DNA of 64,000 nt from the NCBI GenBank assembly GCA_013374835.1, contig CP055307.1, forward strand, positions 279,315 to 343,314, in the 5' to 3' direction. This document shows positions 57,400 to 64,000 of the stretch, piece after piece. Both the position numbers and the translations under genes were made by a program. Source of the stretch: Candidatus Woesebacteria bacterium. Its GTDB lineage: Bacteria; Patescibacteriota; Microgenomatia; UBA8517. Under the pieces are notes generated by a model, which was not told where the DNA came from, did no database searches, and worked only from the letters and a program-made list of their open reading frames with translations. Every line of letters starts with the position of its first letter. The first letter of the stretch is position 1.

Positions 57400-58077
57400 A
57401 TGTTAAATACTATTTTGGGACAAAAAACAAAAATGTTACAGGTATTTGTTGAGAATGCTAGAGTTCCCGTGACTGTGGTGAAAGCAGGACCTTGTGTGGT
57501 TACGCAGATAAAAAACTTAAAGCGGGATGGTTATTGGGGTGTTCAGCTTGGTTTTGGTGAAAAGAAGGTAAAAAATATTACAAAACCAATGAAAGGGCAC
57601 TTAAAAGGCGTTTTTCAAGGCAAGAAAGCGCCTTCTTTTTTGGTGGAGATAAGAGTTGATGATGAGCCAGAATTTAAAGTTGGTGACAAGATAGAGTTAA
57701 ATCAAGTGCTTTCAGAGGGAGATTTGGTTTCCGTAACAGGCAAATCTAAAGGAAAAGGTTTTGCAGGAGTAGTAAAAAGATGGGGATTTGCGGGAGGTCC
57801 TAAAACTCACGGGCAGTCTGACAGACATCGTGCGCCGGGATCTATCGGACAGGGAACAGACCCGGGTCGTGTGAGAAAGGGCAAGAAAATGGCCGGAAGA
57901 ATGGGACAGGATAGGGTTACCGTTAAAAATCTGAGGGTTATTAAAATTGATTCTGAAAAGAGAGAGGTTTATTTATCAGGTTCTCTTCCCGGTTCAAAAA
58001 CGACTCCTTTAATAATTAAAAAGATTTCATCGGGTGGGGGTGTTCCCAAGAAAGGAGAGGAAAATGCCGAAAGTTGA
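57400..58077 (+). CDS. rplC: 50S ribosomal protein L3
   Basis: MLNTILGQKTKMLQVFVENARVPVTVVKAG.... The start is set at 57400 rather than the track start at 57364. Confidence 0.9.
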   Translation: MLNTILGQKTKMLQVFVENARVPVTVVKAGPCVVTQIKNLKRDGYWGVQLGFGEKKVKNITKPMKGHLKGVFQGKKAPSFLVEIRVDDEPEFKVGDKIELNQVLSEGDLVSVTGKSKGKGFAGVVKRWGFAGGPKTHGQSDRHRAPGSIGQGTDPGRVRKGKKMAGRMGQDRVTVKNLRVIKIDSEKREVYLSGSLPGSKTTPLIIKKISSGGGVPKKGEENAES

Positions 58078-58696
58078 TAAATACACTGTTGGCGTAAAAG
58101 CAAAGTCAATAGGCGAGATCCCTTCGGACTTATTCGAAAAGGAAGAAAACGATTATTTAGTTGCTCAAGCTATGCGTATTTATATAAATAGGGCCTATAA
58201 AGCTTTGTCTAAAGTTAAAACAAGAGGTGAGGTATTACTGACTAAATCCAAGTGGTATAGACAGAAAGGGACTGGTAGAGCAAGACATGGGGCAAAATCA
58301 GCCCCTATATTTGTGGGCGGTGGTAAGGCGCACGGCCCGAGAGGTATTAAGAGAGAGCTTGAACTGCCATTGAAGATGAAGAGAAAAGCTCTTTCAATTG
58401 TTTTAAATAAGAAACTGAAAGATAAAAAAATATTTCTTATTGACGGAGTAGCAAAGATTAAAAAGACAAAGGAGACGTATGAGCTTGTTCGACGAATAGC
58501 GGGAGATAAAATGACAAGAACAACCGTAGTTTTATCGATGAAAAATAAGGATAAAGCAAAATTTTTTAGAAATATTGATAATTTATCTGTTTTGTTTTTT
58601 GAAAGTCTTAATGCATATAGTGTATTTTATGGCGGTTTGCTTTTGTTTGATGTCGATGTGTTTAAGGCAGTAAATAAGGAGGAAAAGAAGAAATGA
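58064..58696 (+). CDS. rplD: 50S ribosomal protein L4
   Basis: MPKVDKYTVGV...QKGTGRARHG...GGGKAHGP. Confidence 0.9.
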   Translation: MPKVDKYTVGVKAKSIGEIPSDLFEKEENDYLVAQAMRIYINRAYKALSKVKTRGEVLLTKSKWYRQKGTGRARHGAKSAPIFVGGGKAHGPRGIKRELELPLKMKRKALSIVLNKKLKDKKIFLIDGVAKIKKTKETYELVRRIAGDKMTRTTVVLSMKNKDKAKFFRNIDNLSVLFFESLNAYSVFYGGLLLFDVDVFKAVNKEEKKK

Positions 58697-58986
58697 TAAA
58701 AATAAAGCCGGTTTTAACAGAAAAGAGTATTGCTGATGCGAAGAACGGCAAATATACATTTTGGGTTCCCCGCGGTCTTAATAAGCCGAAGATAAAGAAA
58801 GTTATTGGGGAGATTTTTGGAGTTTCTGTTAAGACTGTTTCGGTAATGAATTATAAAAGTGTTGTTAAAACTAGTATATGGAGAAGGAGAAAGACGGTCC
58901 AACCCGCTAGAAAAAAAGCGGTTGTTGTGTTAAAGGGTAAGGACAAAATTGACCTTTTTGCAGGGGAGGAGAAGAAGAAAAAATGA
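58693..58986 (+). CDS. rplW: 50S ribosomal protein L23
   Basis: IKPVLTEKS...YTFWV...KIKKVIGEIFGVSVKTV. Confidence 0.9.
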   Translation: MIKIKPVLTEKSIADAKNGKYTFWVPRGLNKPKIKKVIGEIFGVSVKTVSVMNYKSVVKTSIWRRRKTVQPARKKAVVVLKGKDKIDLFAGEEKKKK

Positions 58987-59735
58987 GTAAGTTGATTCAA
59001 ATTTTACCAAAAAAATCGGGGCGATCTCGTGGTAAAGTTACTGTAAGACATCAAGGCGGGAGACATAAAAGGTATTTGAGAAAAATAGATTTTAAACGTG
59101 ATAAGAAAGATGTTTGGGCTACTGTTGAACGCGTTGAATATGATCCAAACAGGAATGCGAATGTGGCCTTGCTTCTTTATAAGGACGGGGAGAGAAGATA
59201 TATAATTGCACCGGTTGGTTTAATTAAAGGACAGAGGGTGATTTCATCTGCTGAGGCTCCTATTGAAGTTGGTAATGCGTTGCCACTTTCGAAGATACCT
59301 GTGGGTACGAGCATACATAATATAGAAATAAGGCCTGGTAAGGGTGCTCAAATTGTAAAGAGTGCCGGTTCTTCGGCTGTAGTTCAAGGTAAGGAGAAAG
59401 ATTTTGTATTAGTTCGGCTTCCTTCAAGTGAGATAAGAAGATTTGATCCATTGTGTTATGCTACTATTGGACAAGTTGGTAATGCCGATTTCCGAAGTAT
59501 AAGAATCGCGAAAGCAGGTATAAAAAGAAGGCGTGGTATTAGACCTACGGTCAGGGGGACTGCACAGCACCCTGGTTCTCATCCGCATGGAGGAGGGGAA
59601 GGAAGAAGCGGAGTTGGTCTTAAATATCCCAAAACTCCTTACGGTAAGCCTGCTGTTGGAAGAACGCGAAAAAAGGGAAAATATTCGGATAGATTGATTG
59701 TTCAGAGGCGAAAGCCCGGGAAACATGGTAGTTAA
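58983..59735 (+). CDS. rplB: 50S ribosomal protein L2
   Basis: GRSRGKVTVRHQGGRHKR...HPGSHPHGGGEGR. Confidence 0.95.
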   Translation: MSKLIQILPKKSGRSRGKVTVRHQGGRHKRYLRKIDFKRDKKDVWATVERVEYDPNRNANVALLLYKDGERRYIIAPVGLIKGQRVISSAEAPIEVGNALPLSKIPVGTSIHNIEIRPGKGAQIVKSAGSSAVVQGKEKDFVLVRLPSSEIRRFDPLCYATIGQVGNADFRSIRIAKAGIKRRRGIRPTVRGTAQHPGSHPHGGGEGRSGVGLKYPKTPYGKPAVGRTRKKGKYSDRLIVQRRKPGKHGS

Positions 59736-59738
59736 AAA

Positions 59739-60020
59739 ATGAGTAGAAGCATTAAAAAAGGACCGTATGTAGATGAGAGAATATTAAAGAAGGTTGCCAG
59801 TGGAATGGGTGAAAAAGCAAGCCCCATAAAAACTTGGGCACGAAGTTCTCAGATAGCACCTGAATTTGTGGGTAAATACTTTAAGGTCCATAACGGCAGG
59901 GTGTTTATAGATGTTTTTGTGTCAGAAGATATGGTTGGCCATAGATTTGGTGAATTTGCGCCAACAAGAACTTTTAGAGGACATGGTCAAGTGGTTAAGA
60001 GGATTATAGAGAAAACTTAA
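59739..60020 (+). CDS. rpsS: 30S ribosomal protein S19
   Basis: [19 protein letters not shown]...[23 protein letters not shown]. Confidence 0.95.
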   Translation: MSRSIKKGPYVDERILKKVASGMGEKASPIKTWARSSQIAPEFVGKYFKVHNGRVFIDVFVSEDMVGHRFGEFAPTRTFRGHGQVVKRIIEKT

Positions 60021-60021
60021 T

Positions 60022-60372
60022 ATGGAAGTCATTGCGAAAGAAAAATTTATTCGAATAGCACCGAGGAAGATAAGACTTGTTGCGGATGTTGTACGGGAGA
60101 TGACTCCCGTACAAGCTTTGGAGATGCTGCCTTTTTTGAGAAAGAGGGCAGCTAAGCCTTTATATAAGGCGATAAAAAGCGCGGTTGCAAATGCTAAAGT
60201 TAAGGGGCTTGAGGAGAAAGATTTGGTTTTTAAAGAGATAGAGATAAACGAGGGGCCGACGCTTAAGCGTGGCAGGGCTGTTTCAAGAGGGCAATGGCAT
60301 CCTATCTTAAAAAGGACAAGTCATATAAGAGTGGTTCTGAAAGGAGAGAAAAATAATGGGACAAAAAGTTAA
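60022..60372 (+). CDS. rplV: 50S ribosomal protein L22
   Basis: IRIAPRKIRLVADVVREM...LKRGRAVSRG. Confidence 0.9.
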   Translation: MEVIAKEKFIRIAPRKIRLVADVVREMTPVQALEMLPFLRKRAAKPLYKAIKSAVANAKVKGLEEKDLVFKEIEINEGPTLKRGRAVSRGQWHPILKRTSHIRVVLKGEKNNGTKS

Positions 60373-61012
60373 CCCAGTAGGTTTTAGGACAGGAAGATTT
60401 GTTAATTGGAAATCAAGATGGTTTTCGGATGATAAGCGATTTAAAGACTATTTGATAGAGGATGTTAAAATCCGCGTATTTTTAATGGAAAGACTCAAAA
60501 CTGCCGGTATAAGTAGAGTTGATATTGAAAGGTTGCCAAAAAGTATAGCTATTTCTCTTTCTGTTTCAAGACCCGGTGTAGTGATTGGAAGGGGTGGAAC
60601 GGGTATAGAAGATTTAAAGAAAAAAATAGTTGAAATAATAAAAAATGTTAGAGGAGAGTATCCAAAAGATTTAAGGGTAGATTTGCAGGTTATAGAGATT
60701 AAGAATCCGGAGCTGTCTGCTCATTTGGTTGCCGGAAGAATAGCGTCAGAGCTTGAAAGAAGGCTTCCCCACAGGAGGGTGGTTGCCAAAAGCATAGAGC
60801 GGGTTATGCAATCTGGAGCTTTGGGAGTAAAGATTGTACTTTCCGGAAGGATAGGGGGGGCTGAAATAGCGCGATCCGAGAAATATTATGAGGGTTCTAT
60901 GCCTACGCAAACTTTGAGAAAGAATGTTGATTATGCTCAAGTTCCGGCACTTTTGAAAAGAGGTTATGTTGGAGTGAAGGTCTGGATTTATAAATCCGAA
61001 GATAAGGAGTAA
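60356..61012 (+). CDS. rpsC: 30S ribosomal protein S3
   Basis: MGQKVNPVGFRTG...KH domain...LSGRIGGAEIARSEKY. Confidence 0.95.
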   Translation: MGQKVNPVGFRTGRFVNWKSRWFSDDKRFKDYLIEDVKIRVFLMERLKTAGISRVDIERLPKSIAISLSVSRPGVVIGRGGTGIEDLKKKIVEIIKNVRGEYPKDLRVDLQVIEIKNPELSAHLVAGRIASELERRLPHRRVVAKSIERVMQSGALGVKIVLSGRIGGAEIARSEKYYEGSMPTQTLRKNVDYAQVPALLKRGYVGVKVWIYKSEDKE

Positions 61013-61017
61013 ATAAA

Positions 61018-61437
61018 ATGTTGCAACCAAAAAGAAGAAAATACAGAAAAGATTTTAGAGGAAGAAGAAAGGGTCTTTCTCAAAGAGGAAGTAGTCTTAG
61101 TTTTGGTGAATTTGGCCTTAAGGCTATGGGACGGGGATGGCTTAAGTCTAAGCAGATCGAGGCGGGAAGGCGAGCAATAACAAATACTTTGAAAAGAAAA
61201 GGCAGGGTGTGGATTAGGGTATTTCCTGATAAGCCCATAACGTCTCGTCCAGCAGGACAAAGAATGGGTCAGGGAAAAGGCGATATTGATACTTATGTTG
61301 CCGTGATTAAGCCTGGGAGGATAATTTATGAGGTAACAGGGCCTAATGAAGAAGTTGTAAAAAGCGCGATTTCCAAAGCGGGAGACAAAATGCCTTTTAA
61401 AACAATGATTATTGCAAAAGAGGATAGACTTAGATGA
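61018..61437 (+). CDS. rplP: 50S ribosomal protein L16
   Basis: MLQPKRRKYRK...GEFGLKA...KQIEAGRRAI. Confidence 0.95.
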   Translation: MLQPKRRKYRKDFRGRRKGLSQRGSSLSFGEFGLKAMGRGWLKSKQIEAGRRAITNTLKRKGRVWIRVFPDKPITSRPAGQRMGQGKGDIDTYVAVIKPGRIIYEVTGPNEEVVKSAISKAGDKMPFKTMIIAKEDRLR

Positions 61438-61664
61438 AGAAAAGAGAACTTAGCGATATTAGAAAAAGCACGATTAAAGAGCTTAAAGAAAAAGTTTCTA
61501 AGCTTAAGAAGGATGTTTTGGAAAGAAGTATTAAAATATCATCCGGTGAGGAGAAAAATCTGAAATCGAAAAAAGCGCTCTCTTTAGATATTGCCCAAAT
61601 TATGACTATAATATCAGAAAAGCAAAGACAAAAAGAGGGTGAGAAAAAGAAAGGGGAAAAATGA
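61434..61664 (+). CDS. rpmC: 50S ribosomal protein L29
   Basis: 76 aa, helical and K/E-rich, at the conserved position between rplP and rpsQ (ELKEKVSKLKKDVLE). Confidence 0.8.
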   Translation: MKKRELSDIRKSTIKELKEKVSKLKKDVLERSIKISSGEEKNLKSKKALSLDIAQIMTIISEKQRQKEGEKKKGEK

Positions 61665-61918
61665 AAATATTTACAGGTAAAGTTGTATCAACCAAGATGG
61701 CTAAGACTGCATGTGTAAGTGTAGATCGTGTGTTTGTGCATCCTGTTTATAAAAAAAGGTATAGAAGGATAAAAAAATATTTTGTACATGATGACATTGG
61801 GGTATCTGAGGGAGATATTGTTAATTTTTCTGACAGCAGACCTTATAGTAAAACAAAGAAATGGAAAATACTTGAGGTTGTTAGAAAGGATAAAAAAGAT
61901 GATACAGCTAAGAAGTAA
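61661..61918 (+). CDS. rpsQ: 30S ribosomal protein S17
   Basis: [33 protein letters not shown]. Confidence 0.9.
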   Translation: MKIFTGKVVSTKMAKTACVSVDRVFVHPVYKKRYRRIKKYFVHDDIGVSEGDIVNFSDSRPYSKTKKWKILEVVRKDKKDDTAKK

Positions 61919-62264
61919 TTTGAATCTAGCAGATAACTCTGGAGCTAAAATGCTTCATGTAATTGGGGTTTCTACAAAGATCGGTAAAAAGGCAACCATT
62001 GGTGATGTTGTGCGTTGTGTTGTAAAAAAGGCTGATCCTGCAGGTGTTGTTTCAAACCGTGAAATTGTGAATGCTGTGATTGTTCGAACAAAGAAAGAAG
62101 TAAGAAGAAAGGATGGAAGTTATATAAGGTTTGATGATAATGCTGCCGTAATTATTGACAAGCAAGGTCTTCCTCGAGGAACGCGAATCTTGGGGCCTAT
62201 TGCAAAGGAAGTAAGAGATGCTGGATATACAAAAATAGTTTCGTTAGCGAAGGAGGTAGTTTAA
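61899..62264 (+). CDS. rplN: 50S ribosomal protein L14
   Basis: [24 protein letters not shown].... The start is set at 61899; the track ORF extends upstream into rpsQ. Confidence 0.9.
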   Translation: MIQLRSNLNLADNSGAKMLHVIGVSTKIGKKATIGDVVRCVVKKADPAGVVSNREIVNAVIVRTKKEVRRKDGSYIRFDDNAAVIIDKQGLPRGTRILGPIAKEVRDAGYTKIVSLAKEVV

Positions 62265-62265
62265 T

Positions 62266-62586
62266 ATGTTGAAGTATAAGACTGGAGATAAAGTGGTAGT
62301 AATTAGCGGAAAAGATAAGGGGCGTGAGGGTACTATTGAAAGAATTTATCCAAAAAAAGGAGTTGCTATTGTGAGTGGTGTAAATATTTACAAAAAACAT
62401 ATTAAGAAAGCTTTGGCAAGAGATGGAAAGGGAGGTATTTATGAGGTACCAAGACCTATTGATTTATCAAAGTTAATGATAATTGATCCCAAGATCGGTA
62501 AACCAACAAGGGTGGCTTTTAAAGTGGAGGGTGGAAAAAAACTGAGAGTTAGTAAAAAGTCTGGTGTGATTGTAGATAAAGAATAA
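62266..62586 (+). CDS. rplX: 50S ribosomal protein L24
   Basis: KTGDKVVVISGKDKGREGTI (KOW motif). Confidence 0.9.
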   Translation: MLKYKTGDKVVVISGKDKGREGTIERIYPKKGVAIVSGVNIYKKHIKKALARDGKGGIYEVPRPIDLSKLMIIDPKIGKPTRVAFKVEGGKKLRVSKKSGVIVDKE

Positions 62587-62590
62587 AAAT

Positions 62591-63145
62591 ATGGAGCAAA
62601 ACAAATTAAATTTAAAAAATGTTTATGAAAGCGAAGTGCGTCCTAAGTTGATGGATGAGTTTGGAATTAAAAATAAAATGGCTACACCATATATTTCAAA
62701 AATAGTTGTAAATATGGGAACGGGTGAACTTTTAAAAAATAAGGAGGTTATGGATAAGCTTGTGAAAGATATTTCTTTGATGTGCGGGCAAAAACCACAC
62801 ATAAGACGAGCCCGGATATCGGTTGCTGGTTTTGGTATCAGGCAGGGGAATCCTGTTGGCTTGAGTGTTACTTTAAGAAAACAGAAGATGTATGATTTTT
62901 TGGCAAGGCTTATAACCATAGTTCTGCCAAGACTTAGGGATTTTAAGGGATTATCTAAAGGCAGTTTTGATGGAGATGGAAATTACACAATAGGACTTGA
63001 AGATTATTCTGTTTTCCCCGAGATTGGCATTGGGAGGACAGATAAAATGCAGGGGATAGAAATAACAGTTGTTATCAAGAATTCCAACAAGGAAAAGTCA
63101 GAGAGGATGCTTTCTTTAATAGGTATGCCTTTTGAAAAGGAGTAA
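62591..63145 (+). CDS. rplE: 50S ribosomal protein L5
   Basis: [18 protein letters not shown]...[11 protein letters not shown]...RDFKGLS. Confidence 0.95.
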   Translation: MEQNKLNLKNVYESEVRPKLMDEFGIKNKMATPYISKIVVNMGTGELLKNKEVMDKLVKDISLMCGQKPHIRRARISVAGFGIRQGNPVGLSVTLRKQKMYDFLARLITIVLPRLRDFKGLSKGSFDGDGNYTIGLEDYSVFPEIGIGRTDKMQGIEITVVIKNSNKEKSERMLSLIGMPFEKE

Positions 63146-63147
63146 AT

Positions 63148-63333
63148 ATGGCAAAGAAATCAAAAGTCGTAAGAGAGACAAAAAAATTAAAATATAAGAC
63201 AAGATATAGAAATAGATGTCGAAAATGTGGACGACCGCGCGGATATATGAGAAAATTTGGTCTTTGCAGGATCTGTTTTAGGGAGTTGGCACATAAGGGT
63301 GAAATTCCCGGTGTTAAGAAAGCGAGTTGGTAA
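63148..63333 (+). CDS. rpsN: 30S ribosomal protein S14, zinc-binding type Z
   Basis: 61 aa with [23 protein letters not shown]. Confidence 0.95.
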   Translation: MAKKSKVVRETKKLKYKTRYRNRCRKCGRPRGYMRKFGLCRICFRELAHKGEIPGVKKASW

Positions 63334-63334
63334 A

Positions 63335-63712
63335 ATGACAAATTATCCAATAGGAGATTTTTTGATAAGAATTAAAAATGCTGCAATGGCAGGCAATCGT
63401 GAGGTAGAAGTGAATGCGACCAATTTTATCGTGTCTGTTGCTGGCGTATTAAAAAAACTTGGATATTTAGAAAAGGTCGAGAAAAAGGATAATGTTTTAC
63501 GGGCGGTTCTTGCCTTTCATAAAAAGGAACCTGTGCTTATTAATCTTAAACTTGTTTCTAAGCCAGGCCTTCGGGTTTATATTAATTTGGATGAGCTCTC
63601 TAAGAGAAAGGGGGCGTCTTTTTTGATAATTAGTACGCCGAAAGGGGTAATGTCCTCAAAAGAGGCGTTAAAATCTGGGGTAGGAGGCGAAGTGATAGCA
63701 GAAGTTTGGTAA
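63335..63712 (+). CDS. rpsH: 30S ribosomal protein S8
   Basis: MTNYPIGDFLIRIKNAAMAGNREVEV.... The start is set at 63335. Confidence 0.9.
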   Translation: MTNYPIGDFLIRIKNAAMAGNREVEVNATNFIVSVAGVLKKLGYLEKVEKKDNVLRAVLAFHKKEPVLINLKLVSKPGLRVYINLDELSKRKGASFLIISTPKGVMSSKEALKSGVGGEVIAEVW

Positions 63713-63721
63713 ATTTAAAAA

Positions 63722-64000
63722 ATGGGAAGATTTGGTAGATTACCAGTTAAATTTGGAGAGAACGTTAAGGTCGATATTAAAGGCTCTGAGATCTTGATTA
63801 GTGGGCCGAGAGGGAGTATTGCCCGAAGTATTCCAAGTGGGGTTGAAGTAAAAATAATTGACAATAATTGTATAGTTGTTGAAAAGCGAAAGAAAGGTAA
63901 ATTTTTTGACGCGTTGCAAGGTACTGTGAAGGCTCATATAAGAAATATGGTTCATGGAGTAACTGAAGGGTGGAAAAAATCTTTAGAGGTCGTAGGTGCT
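63722..64000 (+). CDS. rplF: 50S ribosomal protein L6. Partial: the 3' end lies beyond the window.
   Basis: MGRFGRLPVKFGENVKVDIKGSEILISGPRGSIAR... continues open to position 64000. Confidence 0.85.
   Translation, partial: MGRFGRLPVKFGENVKVDIKGSEILISGPRGSIARSIPSGVEVKIIDNNCIVVEKRKKGKFFDALQGTVKAHIRNMVHGVTEGWKKSLEVVGA

Noticed and set aside
1-64000. tRNA, rRNA, CRISPR arrays and mobile elements
   Set aside because: Intergenic spacers are short (mostly under 120 nt). No cloverleaf-like GC-rich 70-90-nt segment, no regularly spaced direct repeats and no transposase, integrase or recombinase-like ORF was seen. The only repeats found are the two CIRCE operators and a few terminator-like hairpins.

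Overview
This is a gene-dense, AT-rich bacterial window (about 90% coding) with no rRNA, tRNA, CRISPR array, transposase or integrase detectable by eye.

Gene content, in order:
- 1-20.7 kb: a cell-envelope and DNA-repair neighbourhood. It holds a partial processive GT2 glycosyltransferase, metG, a YerC/TrpR-like regulator, rmuC, a UvrD-like helicase fused to a Cas4/AddB-like Fe-S nuclease, two tandem FemAB-family paralogs, a second UvrD/PcrA helicase, an LCP-family protein, a minus-strand operon of a CheY-like receiver plus two GT-C glycosyltransferases, a divergent two-module PMT-like GT-C protein, a Pro/Thr-rich FN3 surface protein, PilN/PilO-like genes and rpsT.
- 20.7-44.8 kb: housekeeping genes. 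murJ; hrcA-grpE-dnaK and dnaJ, each preceded by a CIRCE inverted repeat; nusA-infB-(hypothetical)-rpsO-pnp; a Lon-like AAA+ module with no protease domain; rnj, ftsK, a rodZ-like gene, a short alaS, an FtsA/PilM-like actin-fold protein fused to a transmembrane and extracellular domain, a sortase, ruvX and mltG.
- 44.8-64 kb: one long translation/transcription unit behind a consensus sigma70 promoter. It runs a single 2342-aa fused rpoB-rpoC ORF, rpsL, rpsG, fusA, tuf, rpsJ, a TlyA-like rRNA 2'-O-methyltransferase inserted between rpsJ and rplC, then the S10/spc ribosomal genes through a partial rplF.

The overall picture is a small, streamlined genome with a Gram-positive-type envelope (FemAB, sortase, LCP). 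It is plausibly a Candidate Phyla Radiation / Patescibacteria lineage, but that is inference from gene content only.

The most interesting candidate system is the GT-C glycosyltransferase cluster, with its response regulator and adjacent PT-rich surface protein, as a putative protein O-glycosylation or envelope glycopolymer system. Other notable points are the rpoBC fusion, the orphan Lon ATPase, the helicase-nuclease fusion and the TlyA-like insertion in the S10 operon.
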